DNA from: a virus
IMG/VR virus record: IMGVR_UViG_3300032047_000003
Span: 1-64,000 of that record
Length of the DNA stretch: 64,000 bases
Direction: 5' to 3' (one strand)
The notes under the pieces were generated by a model. The model did not search any database. It saw only the letters and a program-made list of their open reading frames with translations, and was not told the DNA's origin. This document shows positions 1 through 9,120 of this stretch, piece after piece. A program made the translations under genes and the position numbers. Position 1 is the stretch's first letter. Each line of letters starts with the position of its first letter.

Positions 1-1
1 T

Positions 2-367
2 GGGGACGCTGGCATGGATTTAACAGCAATCTCAATAGACTTTAACGAATGGGAATACCTCACTTATCATACTGGCTTAAGTATCGAGATTCCCAAAGGG
101 TATGTCGGACTACTTTTTCCAAGATCCTCAGTGTACAAAACTGGACAAACTTTAACAAATTCTGTCGGTGTTATCGACTCAGGATACCGAGGTGAAATAA
201 TGTTAAAGTATACAAGAGATACTCATTCTGACAAAAAAGCCTACAGTTCAGGGGACAGAGTTGGGCAAATAATAATACTACCCTACCCTCAAGTAGAATT
301 TGAAGAAGTAGAATCTTTATCTCAAACTGAAAGAGGCGAAGGTGGATACGGTAGCACAGGAATTTAA
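2..367 (+). CDS. dut: dUTPase, trimeric type; 5' end lies upstream of the window
   Basis: Frame is open from base 2 and reads GDAGMDL (motif 1). Also PRSS, GVIDSGYRGEI, GDRVGQ and C-terminal RGEGGYGSTG. Confidence 0.95.
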   Translation, partial: GDAGMDLTAISIDFNEWEYLTYHTGLSIEIPKGYVGLLFPRSSVYKTGQTLTNSVGVIDSGYRGEIMLKYTRDTHSDKKAYSSGDRVGQIIILPYPQVEFEEVESLSQTERGEGGYGSTGI

Positions 368-532
368 ATGATAGATATTAAAGAAAACCAAGTCTACAAA
401 TTTACTTGGACGAATTCTGAAAACGAAGAAGTCTACACTGGAACTTATTTAGGCAAAAAAAGAGGCTTTTATCTTTTTAAAGTAAAAGGCCAAATTATAC
501 CTGTAAGAAAAGACTACCTCGTTATACTTTAA
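368..532 (+). CDS. hypothetical protein, 54 aa (below the ORF-track cutoff)
   Basis: ATG directly after the dut stop; reads MIDIKENQVYKFTWTNSENEEVYTGTYLGKKRGFYLFKVKGQIIPVRKDYLVIL* and fills the gap to thyX. Confidence 0.7.
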   Translation: MIDIKENQVYKFTWTNSENEEVYTGTYLGKKRGFYLFKVKGQIIPVRKDYLVIL

Positions 533-539
533 GGAAAAT

Positions 540-1289
540 ATGATAAAAAATAAAACAATCAAACTCTACACTTGCCTTGATGATAGTGTAGGATCCGTTC
601 AGTACGTCCAACACGTAGGAAACGACAAGACTATAGTGAATGCAGCAAGAGTAAGCTTTGGAGTAGAAAAGGAAAAATTAAATGAAAAAGATAAAAAACT
701 CATCAAATACCTTATCGACCACAAGCACACTTCGACTTTGGAGCACAATGTTATTACTTTTAAGTTTTGTGTTCCTATGTTCGTACGGTCTCAGCACATG
801 CGTCATAGAACATGGTCTTATAACGAAATAAGTAGAAGGTACACTGATAAAGATTTAAAGTTTTATCAACCAAAACATTTTAGAACTCAGCATAAATCAA
901 ATAGACAGGCTTCGAATCAAAACGATATGATCAATCCCATTGTCGCTCCTACTTTTTTAGATCATTATGCAACTGTAAATGAAAGCATTGGGCTTTGGAC
1001 AGAACGTTCTCTAGATCTTTTCGATAAACTTATTGAAAAAGGCGTTTGTCGTGAACAAGCAAGAATGATTTTACCTCAAAATCTTTATACGGAATATTAT
1101 GGAACTACTAATTTATCTAACTTATACAAATTCATTCACTTACGATTGCACGAAGGAGCCCAATGGGAAATTCAACAAGTTGCAAAAGCTTGCTTACAGT
1201 TCGCTTTGGAACTATGGCCTGTGCCCACTGAGTACTTTATTGAATCTAATTATCCCAATCTTTCAAAAAATTTCATGGAGGCGCAATGA
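540..1289 (+). CDS. thyX: flavin-dependent thymidylate synthase
   Basis: AARVS, H-x-S-x-LEH, ThyX motif RHRTWSYNEISRRY, REQARMILP, LRLHEGAQWEI. Confidence 0.95.
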   Translation: MIKNKTIKLYTCLDDSVGSVQYVQHVGNDKTIVNAARVSFGVEKEKLNEKDKKLIKYLIDHKHTSTLEHNVITFKFCVPMFVRSQHMRHRTWSYNEISRRYTDKDLKFYQPKHFRTQHKSNRQASNQNDMINPIVAPTFLDHYATVNESIGLWTERSLDLFDKLIEKGVCREQARMILPQNLYTEYYGTTNLSNLYKFIHLRLHEGAQWEIQQVAKACLQFALELWPVPTEYFIESNYPNLSKNFMEAQ

Positions 1290-1477
1290 TTAAAAAACTC
1301 TTAGACAAACTTTCCAATTCTTTAAGCTGGACACTGCGTAATCTTTTTGGATATCCTGCATCTAAAACAATGTACATCCTTTCTATAATCTATAGCAGCG
1401 AAAAATTTAAAAAAATTTCAAACGAAATTTATGACAATGCAATTCCAAATCACGAACCTGAAGAGGGGAGAGGATGA
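1286..1477 (+). CDS. hypothetical protein
   Basis: ATGA-type overlaps with both neighbours; GGAGG upstream. Confidence 0.6.
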   Translation: MIKKLLDKLSNSLSWTLRNLFGYPASKTMYILSIIYSSEKFKKISNEIYDNAIPNHEPEEGRG

Positions 1478-1815
1478 TGGCTAAACTTTTCTATTTACAA
1501 AGAACCCAAGATGAAAATGGAATCTCAGGCACTGGCCGCATTGCCCAAGGAATCATATTCGACAATGGCAAAGTAGCACTTACATGGCTTTCAGATACTC
1601 CTTGTACTGGCGTTTACGATAGTATTGGAGATGTAAGGTCTATACACGGCCACGAAGGCAAAACCGAAGTCATAATGGAACAAGATTGGAAAAGAAGCTT
1701 TAATGAGCTCAAAAGCGCACTAGTTCAATTTGACCCAATGACAGTAATAAAAGACAAACTTCCAGAAGGAAGCGATACAAAAGAACTTATAGAAAAACAC
1801 TCGGAGAAAAAATGA
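1474..1815 (+). CDS. conserved phage hypothetical protein (SGTG...IHGHxG type)
   Basis: Pattern FYLQRxQDxxGISGTGxIAQGIxFDNG...W...IHGHEGKT, which I recognise from diverse phages; function unknown. Confidence 0.7.
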   Translation: MMAKLFYLQRTQDENGISGTGRIAQGIIFDNGKVALTWLSDTPCTGVYDSIGDVRSIHGHEGKTEVIMEQDWKRSFNELKSALVQFDPMTVIKDKLPEGSDTKELIEKHSEKK

Positions 1816-2060
1816 AATTATTTAAAGTAACATATGAAAAAATATGCAACCCATCAGAAGGCTTTCACAAGGTGCAAAAAGAAGCTTACTACTTTTGCAA
1901 CTCTTTAGATCGTCTTTACAATTACATTGAAAACGAACAAAGCTTTACTGTACTTACTATTGAAATATTACGCTGCACTATGGTTGAACAAAACTTCAAA
2001 TCGTTTTCTACCGCAATAAAAGAATATGCAAACACTGAACAAATAATTAAGGCACAATAA
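1812..2060 (+). CDS. hypothetical protein
   Basis: ATGA overlap with the upstream gene; GGAG ribosome-binding site. Confidence 0.65.
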   Translation: MKLFKVTYEKICNPSEGFHKVQKEAYYFCNSLDRLYNYIENEQSFTVLTIEILRCTMVEQNFKSFSTAIKEYANTEQIIKAQ

Positions 2061-2140
2061 TGATAGACCACATTCTAGCGATGATAGTTTTGCCCCTGTT
2101 TATATATGCTTCTTTAATAATAAGCACTTTTAAACGATGA
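2060..2140 (+). CDS. 26-aa single-TM micro-protein (MIDHILAMIVLPLFIYASLIISTFKR)
   Basis: TAATG overlap at its start and ATGA overlap at its end; one hydrophobic helix followed by KR. Confidence 0.55.
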   Translation: MIDHILAMIVLPLFIYASLIISTFKR

Positions 2141-2376
2141 GCAACAATTTAAAACTATTCAAAACCACAGAAAAAAACAAACACAATCTTTCTTCTTATC
2201 AAGATTTAATAGATATACTTAAACATCTTTCAAAAGAAGATCTTCAACAAACAATTACTCTATATATGGAAAATATGGATGAATACTTTCCCGTAATTAT
2301 AGAAATTCATACCGTAGAATCTACAGACGTTCTTGACGAAGATCACAAAGTAATAATTTTAAAATCACCCGAATGA
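2137..2376 (+). CDS. hypothetical protein
   Basis: ORF in operon orientation; coupled start. Confidence 0.6.
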   Translation: MSNNLKLFKTTEKNKHNLSSYQDLIDILKHLSKEDLQQTITLYMENMDEYFPVIIEIHTVESTDVLDEDHKVIILKSPE

Positions 2377-2403
2377 TAAACCAAGAACTAACAGTACGTT
2401 AAG

Positions 2404-2428
2404 AAATGGGTTTAAACTCATTTTTTTT
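2404..2428 (+). terminator. possible weak intrinsic terminator upstream of recA
   Basis: AAATGGGT-TTAA-ACTCATTT inverted repeat (one G-U pair) running into a T tract; the stem is AT-rich. Confidence 0.35.
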
Positions 2429-2446
2429 ATTTAAAAAGGAAAAACA

Positions 2447-3490
2447 ATGGCAATTAAAAAAGTAACTGGAATACCAGAAATAGATGGAATAATTAGCGCT
2501 AGTGCTAAAAAATTTGGAAAAGAATTAGTAAGCATGGGGCCTAAAAAATCACTTTCAGAAGTAAAAGTAATTTCAACCGGTTCCATCTTCTTAGATTGCG
2601 TTTTAGGTTCTGGAGGTTTTCCAGACAACAGAATAATTGAAATCTTTGGACCTCCAAGCGCTGGTAAAACTAGCATCGCTTTACAATTCATGTCAAGATA
2701 CGTAAAAGAAAGAGGGTACGAAAAACCTCCAGTCTTCATCGATCTAGAAAGAACAACAAGCCTTCAATTGGTAGAATCAATGGGAATCGACCCTAACAAA
2801 GTTATTTTCTGTTATCCCGATACCGCTGAAGAAGCATTGGAACTTGCTAAAGATTTAGGAAATACTACTAAAGTTGGCTTTGTAGTATTCGACAGTATTG
2901 ATGCTGCTCAAGCTGAAGCAGACGTTAAACGCGACATGTCTTCTAAAGGAGTAGGTGAACTTGCAAGGCTTCTTTCAAAATCTATGCGAACCTTATCTAA
3001 AGTTGGAGACAACAATGATGTCTGTTTTATTTTTATAAATCAAATCAGAATGAAAATTGGAGTAATGTATGGCAACCCAGAAACTACAAGCGGTGGGAAC
3101 GCTTTGCCCTTTTACTCATCTCTAAGATTGAGAGTAAGCTCTAAGCCTTCTAAAACTCAACCTGGCGCTTTAGATATGAAAATCAAAGTTGTTAAAAACA
3201 AACTTGCTCCAGGCCAAAATGCAACGGCTGAATTTGAATTTGTTTGTGCAAAAGGAATTGAGCCCTACAACGACTTAGTAAGTTATGCTAAAAACCTCGG
3301 CATCTTTAGATTTGCCGGCAGCGCAGTAAAGTTGAAACTTCCAGAACAAGAAGAATACACTATGTGCACCGGAGGCTCAGCAGGATGCATTGGATATCTT
3401 CAAGAAAATCCAGAAATGGAAAATAAAATTAGGAACACCTGTTATCAAATTTCCGGAATAAATCCCCCAGAACAAGAAACACAACAATAA
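2447..3490 (+). CDS. recA: RecA-family recombinase
   Basis: ISTGS, Walker [14 protein letters not shown], Walker B VVFDS, signature [38 protein letters not shown]. Confidence 0.95.
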   Translation: MAIKKVTGIPEIDGIISASAKKFGKELVSMGPKKSLSEVKVISTGSIFLDCVLGSGGFPDNRIIEIFGPPSAGKTSIALQFMSRYVKERGYEKPPVFIDLERTTSLQLVESMGIDPNKVIFCYPDTAEEALELAKDLGNTTKVGFVVFDSIDAAQAEADVKRDMSSKGVGELARLLSKSMRTLSKVGDNNDVCFIFINQIRMKIGVMYGNPETTSGGNALPFYSSLRLRVSSKPSKTQPGALDMKIKVVKNKLAPGQNATAEFEFVCAKGIEPYNDLVSYAKNLGIFRFAGSAVKLKLPEQEEYTMCTGGSAGCIGYLQENPEMENKIRNTCYQISGINPPEQETQQ

Positions 3491-3498
3491 GGAAAACA

Positions 3499-4812
3499 AT
3501 GGAAAAAAACGATTTTGTTCATATGCACATGCATACTGAATACTCGCTGCTTGATGGTATTAATCAAGTAGCGAGGTTGCCTCACCATATCGCATCTATG
3601 GGTCAAAAAGCAGTAGCTATTACAGACCATGGGAATGTATCCGGCAGCTACAAGTTCTACAAAGAATGCAAAAGAGCTGGCGTAAAACCCATAATCGGAA
3701 TGGAAGCGTACTATACTGTAGAAGACAGAGCAACTAGAGAAAAAGATGATCTTGGAAACTCTTACTACCATTTAGTCTTGCTTGCAATGAATAATACCGG
3801 TTTGAAAAACTTATACAAACTATCGACGTTTGCATATACTGAAGGAATGTATAGAAAGCCAAGGATAGACGATGCTTTAATTGGAGAATATTCAGAAGGA
3901 ATAATTGCTACTACAGCTTGCCTAGGAAGCAGAATAAGTCAATTGATATTAACAGATAAAATCAAAGAAGCAGAATATGTATTAGATCATCATAGAAATC
4001 TTTTTGACAAAAGGCTTTTGATAGAACTGCAGCTCCACAAAGATCCAGAACAAATTAAAGTAAACAAAGCCCTTCTTGAGTTAGCTGACAAAAAAAACAT
4101 AGAGGTAATTTTAACAAACGATTGCCACTACACGAATGAACATGACAAAATGTTTCATGAAATCGCTCTTTGCATGCAAACTAAAACAACGCTATCCAAC
4201 GAAAAACGATTTACTTTTGGCGACATAGACGTTCACGTTGCCAATCATAACTGGATGGCTGCTAAAGCCGCATGCATGGGAATACCTTATAGAGCTTTAT
4301 CAAATACAGTTGAGTTGGCAAAACTTATCGACAGCAACTCTTATTTTGAAGATAGAAAAAACAGGTATCCTAAATACAAAAATTTCCAATATGCAAAAAA
4401 TAGCTGGGACGAACTTGAGCACATGTGCAAGCGAAAACTTTACAATATGTTTGGAGAAATGCCTCCAGCTGTGTATAGAGAAAGAATTGACTATGAGCTG
4501 TCCATTATAAAGAAAATGGGATTTAGCGACTATATGTTAATCGTCCAAGAGTTCATTGATGGAGCAAGAAGTCTAAACATACCAGTTGGCCCTGGAAGGG
4601 GTTCTGCTGCAGGCAGTCTTGTTTCCTACGCTCTAGGAATAACTAAAGTCGATCCAATAAAATATGGTCTTTTATTTGAAAGATTCCTAAATTACGGAAG
4701 GGGTTCAACTCCAATAATTTTTACAGAACAACAAAAAGCCTACATTAAAGAATCTAGCAATCACACTCACTGCACACACAAACATAAGTGTTCGTGCCCC
4801 GGAGACCACTAA
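3499..4812 (+). CDS. dnaE: DNA polymerase III alpha (DnaE) fragment 1: PHP domain plus first part of palm
   Basis: [77 protein letters not shown]. Stops just before the PDIDxD motif. Confidence 0.93.
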   Translation: MEKNDFVHMHMHTEYSLLDGINQVARLPHHIASMGQKAVAITDHGNVSGSYKFYKECKRAGVKPIIGMEAYYTVEDRATREKDDLGNSYYHLVLLAMNNTGLKNLYKLSTFAYTEGMYRKPRIDDALIGEYSEGIIATTACLGSRISQLILTDKIKEAEYVLDHHRNLFDKRLLIELQLHKDPEQIKVNKALLELADKKNIEVILTNDCHYTNEHDKMFHEIALCMQTKTTLSNEKRFTFGDIDVHVANHNWMAAKAACMGIPYRALSNTVELAKLIDSNSYFEDRKNRYPKYKNFQYAKNSWDELEHMCKRKLYNMFGEMPPAVYRERIDYELSIIKKMGFSDYMLIVQEFIDGARSLNIPVGPGRGSAAGSLVSYALGITKVDPIKYGLLFERFLNYGRGSTPIIFTEQQKAYIKESSNHTHCTHKHKCSCPGDH

Positions 4813-5309
4813 GCAATAAACATGCAACTTATCTTATTAGTGCCACCACTATGAGTAATTTCCAAACTTGTAATTGGCAAATCTCCATAAGAATCATAGC
4901 TATTCCAAGTAGTTCCGGCAGGTTGACTTCCGTCTGCAACTGAAATAGTCAAAGACCCCGGCTTACCACCCCAAACATTTGTGTGTCGGTCTGTTACATT
5001 GTCTGCACCTAAAACAGGTATAGTCAAGCCAGTAGTAGAATCAACTTCTCCGTAACCAAACTCTGGAAGAACGCTAACGTTCCCGTCAATGTCAACTATT
5101 CCAGCTTTAAAAGAAACACTTCTTCTTAAAGCTGAATTCAATACGATGCTTACAGTTTGACTTGCTTCTACTTCAATAATTATTTTAGAAGCGGACTCTC
5201 CTAATAAGCGCAATACGTCAATTTGCGATCCATTTTCAATATCTGTTAACTGAGCAGATAAACCAGCACCTTTAATGCTTGGAACCAATGTGGGACTATA
5301 AGTTGTCAT
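4809..5309 (-). CDS. hypothetical protein, possibly virion structural, inverted between dnaE fragments 1 and 2
   Basis: AAGGAG RBS; G/S/T/V-rich beta-type composition; stop overlaps the dnaE fragment 1 stop. Confidence 0.7.
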   Translation of the reverse strand: MTTYSPTLVPSIKGAGLSAQLTDIENGSQIDVLRLLGESASKIIIEVEASQTVSIVLNSALRRSVSFKAGIVDIDGNVSVLPEFGYGEVDSTTGLTIPVLGADNVTDRHTNVWGGKPGSLTISVADGSQPAGTTWNSYDSYGDLPITSLEITHSGGTNKISCMFIA

Positions 5310-5321
5310 TTAATAAACTCC

Positions 5322-5342
5322 TTTTTCTTTTATAAAGAAAAA
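5322..5342. promoter_or_regulatory. inverted repeat in a 61-bp divergent intergenic region
   Basis: TTTTTCTTT-TAT-AAAGAAAAA, a perfect 9-bp stem abutting the RBS of the minus-strand gene; low complexity. Confidence 0.3.
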
Positions 5343-5370
5343 TTAATAATTTTTATATAAGGTATTTAAT

Positions 5371-6987
5371 ATGTTAAACAAAATCAAAAGCTTTTACATA
5401 AGCGAAAGAATAAATAAGGTTGATAAAGATTTTCTTTCATATGAAGAAGACTTTATGACAGAAGACGATGCTTCTATAATAGTATCATTATTAAAGCTCA
5501 ATAGTAAAGCAAAACTTAAAAATACACACAATAGTATTGTTCTTTACTGCACTGGCTTGACAGATGAATTTAATTTTGAAAAAGCAAGATCAAATACAAT
5601 TGATGGCAGTCCTCCAGATATTGATATTGACTTTGATGCACTAAACAGACAGAAAGCTATAGATTGGGTTGTCGAAAAATGGGGTAGAGATAACGTTGCA
5701 AATATTATTACGCACGGAACATTTAAACCTAAAAGCCTAGCAAGAGGTTATTATCGAGTTACTGAAAAAAACTCTCAGCACTTAAATGAAATTCTTCGAG
5801 AAATACCTCAAGCTAAGTTTGGTAAAGAAGCCACTATGGAAGAAATACTTAAAGCTGCCCCTAAACTCAAAACAGAAGAAAAATATTCTGATTTTTTAGA
5901 GTTTTCAGATAGATTAGAAAGCATGGTCTCTACTTTCGGAATTCACGCAGCAGGCGTAGTAATCAGTGATTTCCCTATTCACGATGTAGTTCCCATGTGG
6001 AAAAATTCAAAATCAGAAAGAATTACTCAATTTGATAAAGACGAAACAGAAGAATTGGGTTTGATTAAATTCGACTTTCTTGGCATTGACACCCTTTCAA
6101 TAATTCAAGAATCTATAAACTTGATTAAACAAACAACTGGAGAAGAAATTGACCCCTTTAGTATCTCAGATTACGACAATAAAACATATACTCTTATGCA
6201 ATCTGGACTACTTACTGGTGTTTTCCAAATGGAAACATCTGGAAAAGCCAAGCAACTTATACAAGAAATACATCCTGAAAGCATTTCAGAATTAAGCGAC
6301 ATATCAGCTTTAAATAGACCTGGCCCTATGCAAGCTGGCCTTGATAAAAATTATATCTTAACAAAAAAACAAGGATTCACCTCTCTTGATATGCCAGAGT
6401 CAGTAAAAGAAATCTTAAAAGATACGCAGTACACACTGATTTACCAAGAACAAATTATGGCTCTTTTAAATAAAATGGCCGGATTCTCCCTTAAAGAAGC
6501 CGATGATGCCAGACGTGCAATGGGTAAAAAAAAGAAAGAAGTTTTAGAAAATTACAAAGAAAAATTTATATCCGGATCCCTTAAAAACGGAATTGATGCT
6601 TTTTACTCCAAGTCCCTCTGGGAAGACATTATGGGGTTTGCAGATTATTGCTTGCACGGAGATACAAAAGTTTGGACTCGAGAATTTGGTTACATAAAGA
6701 TAAAAAACATAGTTGACGAAAAGCTAGCTTGTACGGTTGCAAGTTTTAATGGCGAAAATATTATAGAACAAAAAGTGATCCAATACTGGAATAAAGGGAG
6801 CAAAATATGTCACTCTTATGTTATAGAAAATAATAATAATATAAAATGTACTCCAGATCACAAATTCTTAAGAAACACCGGAGAATTGGAAGAGATAGGT
6901 AGAATTTTAACTAAAAATCAACACTTGAAGGAATGCTTTAAAGATGAGTATAATAAATATAGACTTAACGAAAAAATCAATCGGTAA
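5371..6987 (+). CDS. dnaE: DnaE fragment 2: catalytic palm/thumb/fingers fused to split-intein N-half
   Basis: PPDIDIDFD, GIHAAGVVI, GLIKFDFLG, GVFQMET, ALNRPGPM, IYQEQIM, RRAMGKKK, then GFADY|CLHGDT... intein; own AAGGT RBS. Confidence 0.95.
   Translation: MLNKIKSFYISERINKVDKDFLSYEEDFMTEDDASIIVSLLKLNSKAKLKNTHNSIVLYCTGLTDEFNFEKARSNTIDGSPPDIDIDFDALNRQKAIDWVVEKWGRDNVANIITHGTFKPKSLARGYYRVTEKNSQHLNEILREIPQAKFGKEATMEEILKAAPKLKTEEKYSDFLEFSDRLESMVSTFGIHAAGVVISDFPIHDVVPMWKNSKSERITQFDKDETEELGLIKFDFLGIDTLSIIQESINLIKQTTGEEIDPFSISDYDNKTYTLMQSGLLTGVFQMETSGKAKQLIQEIHPESISELSDISALNRPGPMQAGLDKNYILTKKQGFTSLDMPESVKEILKDTQYTLIYQEQIMALLNKMAGFSLKEADDARRAMGKKKKEVLENYKEKFISGSLKNGIDAFYSKSLWEDIMGFADYCLHGDTKVWTREFGYIKIKNIVDEKLACTVASFNGENIIEQKVIQYWNKGSKICHSYVIENNNNIKCTPDHKFLRNTGELEEIGRILTKNQHLKECFKDEYNKYRLNEKINR
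6649..6984 (+). mobile_element. split intein N-fragment (IntN, 112 aa), DnaE-site allele
   Basis: Block A CLHGDTKVWTREFG with Cys1; block B CTPDHKFL (TxxH). Collinear with Npu DnaE IntN (CLSYETEILTVEYG...ATKDHKFM). No endonuclease domain; ORF ends. Confidence 0.92.
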
Positions 6988-7237
6988 TCAAAGCGCTATT
7001 TTTTTCAAAAAAGAGGAATTTATTTTAAATCAAAATAATCAAAATCCATTTGTTTTATCAAATAACGCAAAACAAGACTCAGAAACAGTTCATCTGAACG
7101 GACTGTTGTTAAAAGCCAAAAATCCTAATTCCGATTATAGTCTTTCTAATAAAACTTTAAACTTAAATATTGAAACAAATATAGGCGATTTACTTACAAT
7201 CGCTTATGCAACTGCCGACACTAACGGCAGTGAGTAA
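6944..7237 (+). CDS. small beta-sandwich virion-type protein
   Basis: FVLS...SETVHLNG...DYSLS..TL.....GDLLTIAY pattern of small structural beta domains. A related pattern (VTLNG...EEY...IEF...DVICI) ends the next ORF. Confidence 0.6.
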   Translation: MSIINIDLTKKSIGNQSAIFFKKEEFILNQNNQNPFVLSNNAKQDSETVHLNGLLLKAKNPNSDYSLSNKTLNLNIETNIGDLLTIAYATADTNGSE

Positions 7238-7269
7238 ATAACAACATAAAATCCTAGGAGGGGTTATAA

Positions 7270-8694
7270 ATGAAAAGAAAATTACAACTTAAGCAAATTG
7301 ACATTACCATTGACAATGGTACTCATATTTCAATTGGCGAAACTGACTTAAAAGACAATTCAAACAATATCATTGGTAGAAAACTTGCAATTGACGACAG
7401 TAGCCTAGTTAGTCAATTAAGTACTTTGCAAAGCAATATCAATGCTGTACAAAGTGATGTCGATGGCAATGAAGCAGATGCTGATAATGCGATTGCAGCA
7501 GTCCAAGCTGACGTTGATCAAAATGAAGCTGATGCTGATACTGCAATTGCTGCAGTACAATCCGATGTTGATGCTAATGAAATAGCTGCCAACAACGCGA
7601 TTGCAGCAGTGCAAGCTGACGTTGACCAAAACGAACTTGATTCTGATGCTGCTGACACTGCTTTAAGCAATCGCCTTACCGTACTTGAAGCTGATCCGAC
7701 TACAAAAACTTATGTAGACGGCCAGATCTCAACAACTCTTGCTTCTGAAATGTCTTACAGAGGCGGAATTGATGCTAGTGCTGCAAATCCTCTTCAGGGC
7801 CTTACTGTAGGTAAAGGTGACATGTGGACTGTAACTACTGCTGGTAGTTCATTTGGAGATGCTCTAGCTGTAGGCGACATGGTTATTGCAGAAGTTGCTA
7901 ACGCTTCTATGAGTGGGCTTTCAGATTTTACTTTAGTTCAAAAGAACTTTGACCTAAGCGCTTATTCTACAACTGTTCAAATGAGTGCAGCAATTGCCGT
8001 TGTCCAATCCGATGTTGATCAAAATGAAGCTGACGCTGACGCAGCAATCGCTGCGCTTCAAGCAGATGTAGATCAAAACGAAGTCGATTCTGATGCTGTG
8101 GACACTGCTATTATAGGCGGTGCAGGGCTTGATGCTAATGGTGGCTATAGCGCTCCAGGTAACCAAGCGGCAAATCCATTTCTTCACAATGCTAGCACTC
8201 TTAAAGATGCTGATACTAAGCTCGAAACTGCAGTAGTAGCCAATGAAACCGAAATCCAAAACCTTGCTCAATCTTTAAGCACGGCATCTGGTTTCGATTA
8301 CTGCGCTTACTACACAATGAATGAAACCGATCTAAATGGTCTTGGCTCTACTCAAAATCCTGAGATTAGATTTCAAAATGCTCCTCTTGCAAATTCCCTT
8401 AAAGGTACTCATACTATCGAGTATGATGATGTTGCTGGAATCCAGCGCGACCAAAGTGGAAATATCGTTAGCCAGCATTCTCAAGAAGTACTATTAGGTA
8501 AAATACTAGTTACTTTGAACGGATTGCAATTGAGAGGTAAAACTGGAAACGTTTTTAATGCAGATCCTGAAGAATACGGTGTCATACTTAACAATAACGC
8601 TACTTCTGGTAAAGATGAGCTTGCCATTGAATTTGCAGAAGGACTACTTGACGGAAGTGACGTAATTTGCATCATGATCTCAAGAGGCATATAA
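7270..8694 (+). CDS. fibre/whisker-like structural protein with 18-aa coiled-coil repeats
   Basis: Strong AGGAGG RBS; six IAAVQADVDQNEADADxA repeats; TKTYVD neck-like motif; acidic Ala/Asp-rich with heavy GCT usage. Confidence 0.75.
   Translation: MKRKLQLKQIDITIDNGTHISIGETDLKDNSNNIIGRKLAIDDSSLVSQLSTLQSNINAVQSDVDGNEADADNAIAAVQADVDQNEADADTAIAAVQSDVDANEIAANNAIAAVQADVDQNELDSDAADTALSNRLTVLEADPTTKTYVDGQISTTLASEMSYRGGIDASAANPLQGLTVGKGDMWTVTTAGSSFGDALAVGDMVIAEVANASMSGLSDFTLVQKNFDLSAYSTTVQMSAAIAVVQSDVDQNEADADAAIAALQADVDQNEVDSDAVDTAIIGGAGLDANGGYSAPGNQAANPFLHNASTLKDADTKLETAVVANETEIQNLAQSLSTASGFDYCAYYTMNETDLNGLGSTQNPEIRFQNAPLANSLKGTHTIEYDDVAGIQRDQSGNIVSQHSQEVLLGKILVTLNGLQLRGKTGNVFNADPEEYGVILNNNATSGKDELAIEFAEGLLDGSDVICIMISRGI
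7438..7653 (+). repeat. 4 x 54-bp coding tandem repeat
   Basis: INAVQSDVDGNEADADNA / IAAVQADVDQNEADADTA / IAAVQSDVDANEIAANNA / IAAVQADVDQNELDSDAA. Confidence 0.9.
7993..8100 (+). repeat. 2 x 54-bp copy of the same repeat
   Basis: IAVVQSDVDQNEADADAA / IAALQADVDQNEVDSDAV. Confidence 0.88.
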
Positions 8695-8730
8695 TATAAC
8701 ATAATATAATAACGTAAAAACTATTGCGTT

Positions 8731-8763
8731 AGCCCCTCGTTGAAAAGCGAGGGGTTTTTTTTT
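8731..8763 (+). terminator. rho-independent terminator
   Basis: AGCCCCTCG-TTGAAAAG-CGAGGGG followed by nine T, about 36 nt after the fibre stop. Confidence 0.9.
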
Positions 8764-8778
8764 ACTTAAGGAGTAAAT

Positions 8779-9120
8779 ATGACATTCTTACAAAAAATAA
8801 ACTTGTACTACATACTGTTTTCTACCTGGCTGAAATTTTTCTTTTTATTAATAAGAAGTGATAAGAAATTTCTATTCCTACCAGAAGGCGGAACCAAAAA
8901 AATAAAGCTAATGGCAAGACCTTACATGTTGGAAGAAAAGAAAGAACGCAAAGGTCTCAAAGATAAAACAAAAACAGTCACGTACATAAACGCACTAAGT
9001 AAAACTTTAACAAGAGATGAAAATCAAAAAGAAAATTTTAAAAAATTATTAGAATATACTTTTTTATGGTATTGTTTTGAGCAACACATGGAGTTCCAAA
9101 AAGATGAAGATCAAAGCTAG
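8779..9120 (+). CDS. hypothetical protein with hydrophobic N-terminus
   Basis: AAGGAG RBS; overlaps the dnaE fragment 3 start by 17 nt; no nuclease motif. Confidence 0.65.
   Translation: MTFLQKINLYYILFSTWLKFFFLLIRSDKKFLFLPEGGTKKIKLMARPYMLEEKKERKGLKDKTKTVTYINALSKTLTRDENQKENFKKLLEYTFLWYCFEQHMEFQKDEDQS

Noticed and set aside
4700-5620. Group I intron or ribosomal bypass joining dnaE pieces 1 and 2 (GRGSTP vs DGSPP look-alike junctions)
   Set aside because: The interval is filled by intact ORFs, I found no in-frame U|...G| splice junction or intron core, piece 2 has its own RBS, and about 900 nt is far beyond known hops. Not formally excluded without RT-PCR.
7438-8100. CRISPR-like or DGR repeats
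   Set aside because: Repeats are contiguous, in frame, vary at synonymous sites and lack spacers; no reverse transcriptase in the window.
8691-8713. ATAATATAAC/ATAATATAAT tandem as a promoter for dnaE piece 3
   Set aside because: Low complexity, no -35 element, and it lies upstream of the terminator, so it could not simply drive downstream genes.
8779-9120. Homing endonuclease between the intein halves
   Set aside because: No LAGLIDADG, HNH, GIY-YIG or Vsr-like motif; the Vsr-like gene is 10 kb away at 19078.
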